Assembly (NCBI GenBank): GCA_950097015.1
Contig: CATNEN010000005.1
Coordinates: forward strand, 6,057,418-6,121,417
Direction: 5' to 3'
From: Macrostomum hystrix
Lineage: Eukaryota > Animalia > Platyhelminthes
DNA length: 64,000 bases
The notes under the pieces were generated by a model. That model worked only from the letters and a program-made list of their open reading frames with translations. It was not told where the DNA came from and made no database searches. Position numbers and translations under genes: made by a program. This document shows positions 22,208-36,000 of this stretch, piece by piece; within the stretch, counting starts at the first letter, position 1; each line of letters starts with the position of its first letter.

Positions 22208-23062
22208 GGGATAATTTGCGGATTTAGGGGATAATTCGCGGATATCGGGGATAATTCACAGATTTAGGGGATAATTCGTGTATTTAGGGGATAATTCGCA
22301 GATTTAGGGGATACTTCGCGGGGATAATTAGGGGATAATTTAGGGGATAATTCACGGATTTAGGGGATAATTCGCGGATTTAGAAGATAACTCGCGGATT
22401 TAGAGGATAATTCGCGGATTTAGAGGATAATTCGCGGATTTAGAGGATAATTCGCGGATTTCGGGGATAATTCACAGATTTAGGGGATAATTCGCGGGTA
22501 TAATTAGGGGATAATTTAGGGGATAATTTGCGGATTTCGGTGATAATTCGCGGGTTTAGGGGATAATTCGTGTATTTACGAGTAGGGGATAATTCGCAGA
22601 TTTAGGGGATACTTCGCGGGGATAATTAGGGGATAATTTAGGGAATAATTCGCGGATTTAGAAAATAACTCGCGGATTTAGGGGATAATTCGCGGATTTA
22701 GAGGATAATTCGCGGAAATCGGGGATAATTCGCGGATTTAGGGGACAACTCGTGGATTTAGGGGATAATTCGCGGATTTAGAAGATAACTCGCGGATTTA
22801 GGGGATAATTCACGGATTTGGAGAATAATTCGCGGAAATCGGGGATAATTCGCGGATTTAAAGCACAATTCGCGGAAATCGGGGATAATTCACGGGTTTA
22901 GGGGATAACTCGCGGATTTAGGGGATAATTCGCGGATTTAGAAGATAACTCGCGGATTTAGAGGATAATTCGCGGAAATCGGGGATAATTCGTGGATTTA
23001 CTGGATTATTCGCGGATTTAGAGGATAATTCGCGGTTTTAATGGATAATTTGTGGATTTACT
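22208..23062. repeat. Degenerate 20-bp minisatellite GGATTTAGGGGATAATTCGC, about 40 copies
   Basis: Direct imperfect periodicity. Confidence 0.93.
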
Positions 23063-23740
23063 GTTGAAATATTTTATTTTCGCCTCCGTTCTATCGATAT
23101 CTAGCTTAATTAATGTTCTTGTTATCTTCAATTAATATCTCTAGCAGAGAGGCCAGTTACAAGCGGCTATTTCTAAGACTTAAGGAGGCGTGGGAAATCG
23201 ACTATCTTTTCCTGATATTGCACTCACTTGGATGTTATGTTCTCAATCGAATTATATTTAGATGATCTTAAAGCAAACAATCACAAATATGAAAACTCAC
23301 TATAAAATTACTGAGAGAAAGTGATCCCCAAACACAAGCGTTTAATGCTTACTCACGAATCCTTTAGTAAGCTTACAACTGGCGGAAATATGTTTTCACA
23401 ATAAATAGTGGATTAGGAGTTTCAGGAATTCTAATCTCAATGAAAATATTTTTATTCTTGACTAAGGTTTAGACGGAGGTTTAGAGCTGGCCAGGGATAG
23501 CAATGGCCGATGGCGGCCTAATTAGATCGGATTAGAGGGTCGGGCGAACTCTTTCTCTCAGTGCCAGAGTTTTATATAATCCGGCCAAAACGGCCGCCAT
23601 TTGACAGCAGCCTCCAAGCGAATCCTAGAGCTCCTGCAAACGCATCCTCGCACAGGAGGAAAAGCTGAATATTCTCTGGTCTTTGCAAGCGCGCACAGAT
23701 GTAAAAATCGCATAGATTAAATTGTAACACTTCACTGTAT

Positions 23741-23968
23741 AATTCGTGGAATTACGGGATAATCTCTTAATTTGAGGACTTAGAGGATAATTCGCGGATT
23801 TAGTGGATAATTCGTGGAATTACTGTATAATTCGTGGATTGACAGGATAATCTCTAAATTTGCGGATTTAGAGGATAATTCGCGGATTTAGGGGATAATT
23901 CGTGGAATTACTGTATAATTCGTGGATTTACGGGATAATCTCTTAATTTGCGAATTTAGAGGATTAAT
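23741..23968. repeat. Second cluster of the GGATAATTCG 20-bp family
   Basis: Same motif as 22208-23062. An internal block of about 120 bp (ATTACTGTATAATTCGTGGA...GGGATAATCTC) is repeated. Confidence 0.8.
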
Positions 23969-24014
23969 TTGCCTATGGGTTGATAAGAGCAACATTTTTT
24001 CTGTTTCAGAAAAA

Positions 24015-27000
24015 GAAACAGAGAGGGGATTAGGAAGAGAAACAGGGAGGGGATTAGGAGAGGAACAGAGGGGATTAGGAGAGGAACAGAGAGGGGATTA
24101 GGAGAGGAAAAGAGAGTGGATTAGGAGAGGAACAGAGAGAGGATTAGGAGAGGAACAGAGAGGGGATTAGGAGAGGAACAGAGTGGGGTGATTAGGAGAG
24201 GAACAGAGAGGGGATAAGGGTGAGGAACTGAGAGGGGATCAGGGTGAGGAACTGAGAGGGAATCAGGGAGAGGAACAGAGAGGAAATCAGAGAGAGGAAC
24301 TGAGAGGGGATTAGGGAGAGGAACAGAGGGGATCAGAGAGAGGAACAGAGGGGATTAGGGAGAGAAACAGAGGGGGGATTAGGAAGAGGAACAGAGAGGG
24401 GATTAGGGTGAGGAAAAAAGGGGATCAGGGAGAGGAACTGAGAGGGGATTAGGGTGAGGAACTGAGAGGGGATTAGGGTTAGGAACTGAGAGGGAATCAG
24501 GGTGAGGAACAGAGAGGGGATCAGGGAGAGGAACAGAGTGGGGATCAGGGTCAGGAACTGAGAGGGGATCATGGAGAGGAACTGAGAGGGGATCAGGGAG
24601 AGGAACTGAGAGGGGATCAGGGAGAGGAACTGAGAGGGGATCAGAGGGAGGAACTGAGAGGGGATCAGGGAGAGGAACTGAGAGGGAATCAGAAAGAGGA
24701 ACTGAGAGGGAATTGGGGTCAGGAACTGAGAGGGGATCAGGGAGAGGAACAGAGAGGGGATTAGGAGAGGAACAGAGAGGGGATTAGGAGAGGAAAAGAG
24801 AGTGGATTAGGAGAGGAACAGAGAGAGGATTAGGAGAGGAACAGAGAGGGGATTAGGAGAGGAACAGAGTGGGGTGATTAGGAGAGGAACAGAGAGGGGA
24901 TAAGGGTGAGGAACTGAGAGGGGATCAGGGTGAGGAACTGAGAGGGAATCAGGGAGAGGAACAGAGAGGAAATCAGAGAGAGGAACTGAGAGGGGATTAG
25001 GGAGAGGAACAGAGGGGATCAGAGAGAGGAACTGAGGGGATTAGGGAGAGGAACAGAGGGGGGATTAGGAAGAGGAACAGAGAGGGGATAGGGTGAGGAA
25101 AAAAGGGGATCAGGGAGAGGAACTGAGAGGGGATTAGGGTGAGGAACTGAGAGGGGATTAGGGTTAGGAACTGAGAGGGAATCAGGGTGAGGAACAGAGA
25201 GGGGATCAGGGAGAGGAACAGAGTGGGGATCAGGGTCAGGAACTGAGAGGGGATCATGGAGAGGAACTGAGAGGGGATCAGGGAGAGGAACTGAGAGGGG
25301 ATCAGGGAGAGGAACTGAGAGGGGATCAGAGGGAGGAACTGAGAGGGGATCAGGGAGAGGAACTGAGAGGGAATCAGAAAGAGGAACTGAGAGGGAATTG
25401 GGGTCAGGAACTGAGAGGGGATCAGGGAGAGGAACAGAGAGGGGATTAGGAGAGGAACAGAGAGGGGATTAGGAGAGGAAAAGAGAGTGGATTAGGAGAG
25501 GAACAGAGAGAGGATTAGGAGAGGAACAGAGAGGGGATTAGGAGAGGAACAGAGTGGGGTGATTAGGAGAGGAACAGAGAGGGGATAAGGGTGAGGAACT
25601 GAGAGGGGATCAGGGTGAGGAACTGAGAGGGAATCAGGGAGAGGAACAGAGAGGAAATCAGAGAGAGGATCTGAGAGGGGATTAGGGAGAGGAACAGAGG
25701 GGATCAGAGAGAGGAACAGAGGGGATTAGGGAGAGGAACAGAGGGGGGATTAGGAAGAGGAACAGAGAGGGGATTAGGGTGAGGAAAAAAGGGGATCAGG
25801 GAGAGGAACTGAGAGGGGATTAGGGTGAGGAACTGAGAGGGGATTAGGGTTAGGAACTGAGAGGGAATCAGGGTGAGGAACAGAGAGGGGATCAGGGAGA
25901 GGAACAGAGTGGGGATCAGGGTCAGGAACTGAGAGGGGATCATGGAGAGGAACTGAGAGGGGATCAGGGAGAGGAACTGAGAGGGGATCAGGGAGAGGAA
26001 CTGAGAGGGGATCAGAGGGAGGAACTGAGAGGGGATCAGGGAGAGGAACTGAGAGGGAATCAGAAAGAGGAACTGAGAGGGAATTGGGGTCAGGAACTGA
26101 GAGGGGATCAGGGAGAGGAACAGAGAGGGGATTAGGAGAGGAAAGGAGTGGGGATTAGGAGAGGAACAGAGGGGATCAGAGAGAGGAACAGAGAGGGGAT
26201 TAGGAAGAGAAACAGAGAGTGGATTAGGAAGAGGAACAGAGGGGATCAGGGAGAGGAACAGAGAGGGGATTAGGAGAGGAACAAAGAGGGGATTAGGAGA
26301 GGAACATAGAGGGGATTAGGAGAGAAACAGAGAGGGGATTGGGAGAGGAACAGAGAGGGGATTAGGAGAGGAACAGAGGGGGATTAGGAGAGGAACAGAG
26401 GGGATTAGGAGAGGAACAGAGAGGGGATTAGGAGAGGAACAGAGAGGGGATTAGGAGAGGAACAGAGAGGGGATTAGGAGAGGAACAGAGTGGGGTGATT
26501 AGGATGAGGAACAGAGAGTGGATTAGAGTGAGGAACAGAGGGGATCAGGATGAGGAAAAGAGGGGATCAGAGAGAGGAACTGAGAGGGGATTAGGGAGAG
26601 GAACAGAGGGGATCAGAGAGAGGAACATAGGGGATTAGGGAGAGGAACAGAGGGGGGATTAGGAAGAGGAACAGAGAGGGGATGAGGGTGAGGAACAGAG
26701 GGGATTAGGAGAGGAACCGAGGGGATTAGGAGAGGAACAGAGAGGGGATTAGGAGAGGAACTGAGAGGGGATTAGGAGAGGAACAGAGAGGGGATTAGGA
26801 AAGGAACAGAGTGGGGTGATTAGGATGAGGAACAGAGAGTGGATTAGAGTGAGGAACAGAGGGGATCAGGGTGAGGAACAGAGGGGATCAGAGAGAGGAA
26901 CTGAGAGGGGATTAGGGAGAGGAACAGAGGGGGGATTAGGAAGAGGAACAGAGAGGGGATTAGGGTGAGGAACAGAGGGGATCAGGGAGAGGAACTGAGA

Positions 27001-30000
27001 GGGGATAAGGGTGAGGAACTGAGAGGGGATTAGGGTGAGGAACTGAGAGGGAATCAGGGTGAGGAACAGAGAGGGGATTAGGAGAGGAACAGAGAGTGGA
27101 TTAGAGTGAGGAACAGAGAGGATCAGGGTGAGGAACAGAGGGGATTAGGGTGAGGAACAGAGGGGATCAGAGAGAGGAACTGAGAGGGGATTAGGGAGAG
27201 GAACAGAGAGTGGAGTAGAGTGAGGAACAGAGAGGGGATCATGGAGAGGAACTGAGAGGGGATCAGGGAGAGGAACAGAGAGGGGATCAGGGAGAGGAAC
27301 TCAGACGGGATCAGGGAGAGGAACTGAGAGGGGATCATGGAGAGGAACTGAGAGGGGATTAGGGAGAGGAACTGAGAGGGGATCAGGGAGAGGAACTGAG
27401 AGGCGATTAGGAAGAGGAACAGAGGGGATCAGAGAGAGGAACAGAGAGGGGATTAGGAAGAGAAACAGAGAGGGGATTAGGAAGAGGAACACAGGGCATT
27501 AGGGAGAGGAACAGAGAGTGGATTAGGAAGAGGAACAGAGGGGATCAGGGAGAGGAACAGAGAGGGGACTAGGAGAGGAACAGAGTGGGGATTAGGAGAG
27601 GAACAGAGAGGGGATTAGAAGAGGAACATAGAGGGGATTAGGAGGGGAACAGAGAGGGGATTAGGAGAGGAACAGAGTGGGGATTAGGAGAGGAACAGAG
27701 TGGGGTGATTAGAATGAGGAACAGAGAGGGGATTAGGGTGAGGAACAGAGGGGATCAGGAAGAGGAACTGAGAGGGGATTAGGTGAGGAACTGAGAGGGG
27801 ATTAGGAAGACGAACACAGGGGATTAAGGAGAGGAACAGAGAGTGGATTAGGAAGAGGAACAGAGGGGATCAGGGAGAGGAACAGAGAGGGGATTAGGAG
27901 AGGAACAAAGAGGGGATTAGGAGAGGAACATAGAGGGGATTAGGAGAGAAACAGAGAGGGGATTGGGAGAGGAACAGAGAGGGGATTAGAGTGAGGAACA
28001 GAGGGGATCAGGATGAGGAAAAGAGGGGATCAGAGAGAGGAACTGAGAGGGGATTAGGGAGAGGATCAGAAGGGATCAGAGAGAGGAACATAGGGGATTA
28101 GGGAGAGGAACAGAGGGGGGATTAGGAAGAGGAACAGAGAGGGGATGAGGGTGAGGAACAGAGGGGATTAGGAGAGGAACCGAGGGGATTAGGAGAGGAA
28201 CAGAGAGGGGATTAGGAGAGGAACTGAGAGGGGATTAGGAGAGGAACAGAGAGGGGATTAGGAAAGGAACAGAGTGGGGTGATTAGGATGAGGAACAGAG
28301 AGTGGATTAGAGTGAGGAACAGAGGGGGGATTCGGAAGAGGAACAGAGAGGGGATTAGGGTGAGGAACAGAGGGGATCAGGGAGAGGAACTGAGAGGGGA
28401 TAAGGGTGAGGAACTGAGAGGGGATTAGGGTGAGGAACTGAGAGGGAATCAGGGTGAGGAACAGAGAGGGGATTAGGAGAGGAACAGAGAGTGGATTAGA
28501 GTGAGGAACAGAGAGGATCAGGGTGAGGAACAGAGGGGATTAGGGTGAGGAACAGAGGGGATCAGAGAGAGGAACTGAGAGGGGATTAGGGAGAGGAACA
28601 GAGAGTCGATTAGAGTGAGGAACAGAGAGGGGATCATGGAGAGGAACTGAGAGGGGATCAGGGAGAGGAACAGAGAGGGGATCAGGGAGAGGAACTCAGA
28701 CGGGATCAGGGAGAGGAACTGAGAGGGGATCATGGAGAGGAACTGAGAGGGGATTAGGGAGAGGAACTGAGAGGGGATCAGGGAGAGGAACTGAGAGGGG
28801 ATCAGCGAGAGGAACTGAGAGGCGATTAGGAAGAGGAACAGAGGGGATCAGAGAGAGGAACAGAGAGGGGATTAGGAAGAGAAACAGAGAGGGGATTAGG
28901 AAGAGGAACACAGGGGATTAGGGAGAGGAACAGAGAGTGGATTAGGAAGAGGAACAGAGGGGATCAGGGAGAGGAACAGAGAGGGGATAAGGGTGAGGAA
29001 CTGAGAGGGGATTAGGGTGAGGAACTGAGAGGGAATCAGGGTCAGGAACTGAGAGGGGATCAGGGTCAGGAACTGAGAGGGGATCATGGAGAGGAACAGA
29101 GGGGGGATTAGGAAGAGGAACAGAGAGGGGATTAGGGTGAGGAAAAAAGGGGATCACGGAGAGGAACTGAGAGGGGATTAGGGTGAGGAACTGAGAGGGG
29201 ATTAGGGTTAGGAACTGAGAGGGAATCAGGGTGAGGAACAGAGAGGGGATCAGGGAGAGGAACAGAGTGGGGATCAGGGTCAGGAACTGAGAGGGGATCA
29301 TGGAGAGGAACTGAGAGGGGATCAGGGAGAGGAACTGAGAGGGGATCAGGGAGAGGAACTGAGAGGGGATCAGAGGGAGGAACTGAGAGGGGATCAGGGA
29401 GAGGAACTGAGAGGGAATCAGAAAGAGGAACTGAGAGGGAATTGGGGTCAGGAACTGAGAGGGGATCAGGGAGAGGAACAGAGAGGGGATTAGGAGAGGA
29501 AAGGAGTGGGGATTAGGAGAGGAACAGAGGGGATCAGAGAGAGGAACAGAGAGGGGATTAGGAAGAGAAACAGAGAGGGGATTAGGAAGACGAACACAGG
29601 GGATTAAGGAGAGGAACAGAGAGTGGATTAGGAAGAGGAACAGAGGGGATCAGGGAGAGGAACAGAGAGGCGATTAGGAGAGGAACAAAGAGGGGATTAG
29701 GAGAGGAACATAGAGGGGATTAGGAGAGAAACAGAGAGGGGATTGGGAGAGGAACAGAGAGGGGATTAGGAGAGGAACAGAGGGGGATTAGGAGAGGAAC
29801 AGAGGGGATTAGGAGAGGAACAGAGAGGGGATTAGGAGAGGAACAGAGAGGGGATTAGGAGAGGAACAGAGAGGGGATTAGGAGAGGAACAGAGTGGGGT
29901 GATTAGGATGAGGAACAGAGAGTGGATTAGAGTGAGGAACAGAGGGGATCAGGATGAGGAAAAGAGGGGATCAGAGAGAGGAACTGAGAGGGGATTAGGG

Positions 30001-33000
30001 AGAGGAACAGAAGGGATCAGAGAGAGGAACATAGGGGATTAGGGAGAGGAACAGAGGGGGGATTAGGAAGAGGAACAGAGAGGGGATGAGGGTGAGGAAC
30101 AGAGGGGATTAGGAGAGGAACCGAGGGGATTAGGAGAGGAACAGAGAGGGGATTAGGAGAGGAACTGAGAGGGGATTAGGAGAGGAACAGAGAGGGGATT
30201 AGGAAAGGAACAGAGTGGGGTGATTAGGATGAGGAACAGAGAGTGGATTAGAGTGAGGAACAGAGGGGATCAGGGTGAGGAACAGAGGGGATCAGAGAGA
30301 GGAACTGAGAGGGGATTAGGGAGAGGAACAGAGGGGGGATTAGGAAGAGGAACAGAGAGGGGATTAGGGTGAGGAACAGAGGGGATCAGGGAGAGGAACT
30401 GAGAGGGGATAAGGGTGAGGAACTGAGAGGGGATTAGGGTGAGGAACTAAGAGGGAATCAGGGTGAGGAACAGAGAGGGGATTAGGAGAGGAACAGAGAG
30501 TGGATTAGAGTGAGGAACAGAGAGGATCAGGGTGAGGAACAGAGGGGATTAGGGTGAGGAACAGAGGGGATCAGAGAGAGGAACTGAGAGGGGATTAGGG
30601 AGAGGAACAGAGAGTGGATTAGAGTGAGGAACAGAGAGGGGATCATGGAGAGGAACTGAGAGGGGATCAGGGAGAGGAACAGAGAGGGGATCAGGGAGAG
30701 GAACTCAGACGGGATCAGGGAGAGGAACTGAGAGGGGATCATGGAGAGGAACTGAGAGGGGATTAGGGAGAGGAACTGAGAGGGGATCAGGGAGAGGAAC
30801 TGAGAGGGGATCAGCGAGAGGAACTGAGAGGCGATTAGGAAGAGGAACAGAGGGGATCAGAGAGAGGAACAGAGAGGGGATTAGGAAGAGAAACAGAGAG
30901 GGGATTAGGAAGAGGAACACAGGGGATTAGGGAGAGGAACAGAGAGTGGATAAGGAAGAGGAACAGAGGGGATCAGGGAGAGGAACAGAGAGGGGACTAG
31001 GAGAGGAACAGAGTGGGGATTAGGAGAGGAACAGAGAGGGGATTAGAAGAGGAACATAGAGGGGATTAGGAGGGGAACAGAGAGGGGATTAGGAGAGGAA
31101 CAGAGTGGGGATTAGGAGAGGAACAGAGTGGGGTGATTAGAATGAGGAACAGAGAGGGGATTAGGGTGAGGAACAGAGGGGATCAGGAAGAGGAACTGAG
31201 AGGGGATTAGGGTGAGGAACTGAGAGGGGATTAGGAAGACGAACACAGGGGATTAAGGAGAGGAACAGAGAGTGGATTAGGAAGAGGAACAGAGGGGATC
31301 AGGGAGAGGAACAGAGAGGGGATTAGGAGAGGAACAAAGAGGGGATTAGGAGAGGAACATAGAGGGGATTAGGAGAGAAACAGAGAGGGGATTGGGAGAG
31401 GAACAGAGAGGGGATTAGAGTGAGGAACAGAGGGGATCAGGATGAGGAAAAGAGGGGATCAGAGAGAGGAACTGAGAGGGGATTAGGGAGAGGATCAGAA
31501 GGGATCAGAGAGAGGAACATAGGGGATTAGGGAGAGGAACAGAGGGGGGATTAGGAAGAGGAACAGAGAGGGGATGAGGGTGAGGAACAGAGGGGATTAG
31601 GAGAGGAACCGAGGGGATTAGGAGAGGAACAGAGAGGGGATTAGGAGAGGAACTGAGAGGGGATTAGGAGAGGAACAGAGAGGGGATTAGGAAAGGAACA
31701 GAGTGGGGTGATTAGGATGAGGAACAGAGAGTGGATTAGAGTGAGGAACAGAGGGGGGATTAGGAAGAGGAACAGAGAGGGGATTAGGGTGAGGAACAGA
31801 GGGGATCAGGGAGAGGAACTGAGAGGGGATAAGGGTGAGGAACTGAGAGGGGATTAGGGTGAGGAACTGAGAGGGAATCAGGGTGAGGAACAGAGAGGGG
31901 ATTAGGAGAGGAACAGAGAGTGGATTAGAGTGAGGAACAGAGAGGATCAGGGTGAGGAACAGAGGGGATTAGGGTGAGGAACAGAGGGGATCAGAGAGAG
32001 GAACTGAGAGGGGATTAGGGAGAGGAACAGAGAGTCGATTAGAGTGAGGAACAGAGAGGGGATCATGGAGAGGAACTGAGAGGGGATCAGGGAGAGGAAC
32101 AGAGAGGGGATCAGGGAGAGGAACTCAGACGGGATCAGGGAGAGGAACTGAGAGGGGATCATGGAGAGGAACTGAGAGGGGATTAGGGAGAGGAACTGAG
32201 AGGGGATCAGGGAGAGGAACTGAGAGGGGATCAGCGAGAGGAACTGAGAGGCGATTAGGAAGAGGAACAGAGGGGATCAGAGAGAGGAACAGAGAGGGGA
32301 TTAGGAAGAGAAACAGAGAGGGGATTAGGAAGAGGAACACAGGGGATTAGGGAGAGGAACAGAGAGTGGATTAGGAAGAGGAACAGAGGGGATCAGGGAG
32401 AGGAACAGAGAGGGGATAAGGGTGAGGAACTGAGAGGGGATTAGGGTGAGGAACTGAGAGGGAATCAGGGTCAGGAACTGAGAGGGGATCAGGGTCAGGA
32501 ACTGAGAGGGGATCATGGAGAGGAACAGAGGGGGGATTAGGAAGAGGAACAGAGAGGGGATTAGGGTGAGGAAAAAAGGGGATCACGGAGAGGAACTGAG
32601 AGGGGATTAGGGTGAGGAACTGAGAGGGGATTAGGGTTAGGAACTGAGAGGGAATCAGGGTGAGGAACAGAGAGGGGATCAGGGAGAGGAACAGAGTGGG
32701 GATCAGGGTCAGGAACTGAGAGGGGATCATGGAGAGGAACTGAGAGGGGATCAGGGAGAGGAACTGAGAGGGGATCAGGGAGAGGAACTGAGAGGGGATC
32801 AGAGGGAGGAACTGAGAGGGGATCAGGGAGAGGAACTGAGAGGGAATCAGAAAGAGGAACTGAGAGGGAATTGGGGTCAGGAACTGAGAGGGGATCAGGG
32901 AGAGGAACAGAGAGGGGATTAGGAGAGGAAAGGAGTGGGGATTAGGAGAGGAACAGAGGGGATCAGAGAGAGGAACAGAGAGGGGATTAGGAAGAGAAAC

Positions 33001-36000
33001 AGAGAGGGGATTAGGAAGACGAACACAGGGGATTAAGGAGAGGAACAGAGAGTGGATTAGGAAGAGGAACAGAGGGGATCAGGGAGAGGAACAGAGAGGC
33101 GATTAGGAGAGGAACAAAGAGGGGATTAGGAGAGGAACATAGAGGGGATTAGGAGAGAAACAGAGAGGGGATTGGGAGAGGAACAGAGAGGGGATTAGGA
33201 GAGGAACAGAGGGGGATTAGGAGAGGAACAGAGGGGATTAGGAGAGGAACAGAGAGGGGATTAGGAGAGGAACAGAGAGGGGATTAGGAGAGGAACAGAG
33301 AGGGGATTAGGAGAGGAACAGAGTGGGGTGATTAGGATGAGGAACAGAGAGTGGATTAGAGTGAGGAACAGAGGGGATCAGGATGAGGAAAAGAGGGGAT
33401 CAGAGAGAGGAACTGAGAGGGGATTAGGGAGAGGAACAGAAGGGATCAGAGAGAGGAACATAGGGGATTAGGGAGAGGAACAGAGGGGGGATTAGGAAGA
33501 GGAACAGAGAGGGGATGAGGGTGAGGAACAGAGGGGATTAGGAGAGGAACCGAGGGGATTAGGAGAGGAACAGAGAGGGGATTAGGAGAGGAACTGAGAG
33601 GGGATTAGGAGAGGAACAGAGAGGGGATTAGGAAAGGAACAGAGTGGGGTGATTAGGATGAGGAACAGAGAGTGGATTAGAGTGAGGAACAGAGGGGATC
33701 AGGGTGAGGAACAGAGGGGATCAGAGAGAGGAACTGAGAGGGGATTAGGGAGAGGAACAGAGGGGGGATTAGGAAGAGGAACAGAGAGGGGATTAGGGTG
33801 AGGAACAGAGGGGATCAGGGAGAGGAGCTGAGAGGGGATAAGGGTGAGGAACTGAGAGGGGATTAGGGTGAGGAACTAAGAGGGAATCAGGGTGAGGAAC
33901 AGAGAGGGGATTAGGAGAGGAACAGAGAGTGGATTAGAGTGAGGAACAGAGAGGATCAGGGTGAGGAACAGAGGGGATTAGGGTGAGGAACAGAGGGGAT
34001 CAGAGAGAGGAACTGAGAGGGGATTAGGGAGAGGAACAGAGAGTGGATTAGAGTGAGGAACAGAGAGGGGATCATGGAGAGGAACTGAGAGGGGATCAGG
34101 GAGAGGAACAGAGAGGGGATCAGGGAGAGGAACTCAGACGGGATCAGGGAGAGGAACTGAGAGGGGATCATGGAGAGGAACTGAGAGGGGATTAGGGAGA
34201 GGAACTGAGAGGGGATCAGGGAGAGGAACTGAGAGGGGATCAGCGAGAGGAACTGAGAGGCGATTAGGAAGAGGAACAGAGGGGATCAGAGAGAGGAACA
34301 GAGAGGGGATTAGGAAGAGAAACAGAGAGGGGATTAGGAAGAGGAACACAGGGGATTAGGGAGAGGAACAGAGAGTGGATTAGGAAGAGGAACAGAGGGG
34401 ATCAGGGAGAGGAACAGAGAGGGGACTAGGAGAGGAACAGAGTGGGGATTAGGAGAGGAACAGAGAGGGGATTAGAAGAGGAACATAGAGGGGATTAGGA
34501 AGGGAACAGAGAGGGGATTAGGAGAGGAACAGAGTGGGGATTAGGAGAGGAACAGAGTGGGGTGATTAGAATGAGGAACAGAGAGGGGATTAGGGTGAGG
34601 AACAGAGGGGATCAAGAAGAGGAACTGAGAGGGGATTAGGGTGAGGAACTGAGAGGGGATTAGGGTGAGGAACAGAGAGGGAATCGGAGAGAGGAACTGA
34701 GATGGAATTGGGGTCAGGAACTGAGAGGGGATCAGGGAGAGGAACAGAGAGAAGATCAGGGAGAGGAACAGAGAGGGGATCAGGGAGAGGAACTGAGAGG
34801 GAATCAGAGAGAGGAACTAAGAGGGAATTGGGGTCAGGAACTGAGAGGGGATCAGGGAGAGGAACAGAGAGGGGATTAGGAGAGGAACAGAGAGGGGATT
34901 AGGAGAGGAACAGAGTGGGGTGATTAGTATGAGTAACAGAGAGTGGATTAGAGTGAGGAACAGAGGGGATCAGGGTGAGGAACAGAGGGGATTAGGGTGA
35001 TGAACAGAGGGGATCAGAGAGAGGAACAGAGGGGATTAGGGAGAGGAACAGAGGGGGGATTAGGAAGAGGAACAGAGAGGGGATTAGGGCGAGGAACAGA
35101 GGGGATCAGGGAGAGGAACTGAGAGGGCATCAGAGAGAGGAACTGAGAGGGAATTGGGGTCAGGAACTGAGAGGGGATCAGGGAGAGGAACAGAGAGGGG
35201 ATCAGGGAGAGGAACTCAGAGGGGATCAGCGAGATGAACTGAGAGGGGATCATGGAGAGGAACTGAGAGGGGATCAAGGAAAGGAACTGAGAGGGGATCA
35301 GGGAGAGGAACTGAGAGGGGATCAGCGAGAGGAACTGAGAGGCGATTAGGAGGAGGAACAGAGGGGATCAGAGAGAGGAACAGAGAGGGGATTAGGAAGA
35401 GAAACAGAGAGGGGACTAGGAAGAGGAACACAGGGGATTAGGGAGAGGAACAGAGAGCGGATTAGGAAGAGGAACAGAGGGGATCAGGGAGAGGAAAAGC
35501 GAGGGGATTAGGAGAGGAACGGAGTGGGGATTAGGAGAGGAACAGAGAGGGGATTCGGAGAGGAACATAGAGGGGATTAGGAGGGGAACAGAGATGGGGA
35601 TTAGGAGAGGAACAGAGTGGGGATTAGGAGAGGAACAGAGTGGGGTGATTAGAATGAGGAACAGAGAGGGGATTTGGGAGAGGAACTGAGAGGGGATTTG
35701 GGAGAGGAACAGAGGGGATCAGAGAGAGAAACAGAGGGGATCAGAGAGAGGAACAGAGGGAATTAGGGAGAGGAACAGAGAGGGGATTAGGGTGAGGAAC
35801 AGAGAGGGGATTAGGGTGAGGAACTGAGATGGAATTGGGGTCAGGAACTGGGAGGGGATCAGGGATAGGAACAGAGAGGGGATCAGGGTCAGGAACTGAG
35901 AGGGGATCAGGGTCAGGAACTGAGAGGGGATCATGGAGAGGAACAGAGGGGGGATTAGGAAGAGGAACAGAGAGGGGATTAGGGTGAGGAAAAAAGGGGA

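Noticed and set aside
21913-23979. Putative TIR pair CCCATAGACAA / TTGCCTATGGG bounding the GGATAATT arrays
   Set aside because: Only 10/11 bp match, no target-site duplication and no transposase; could be chance.
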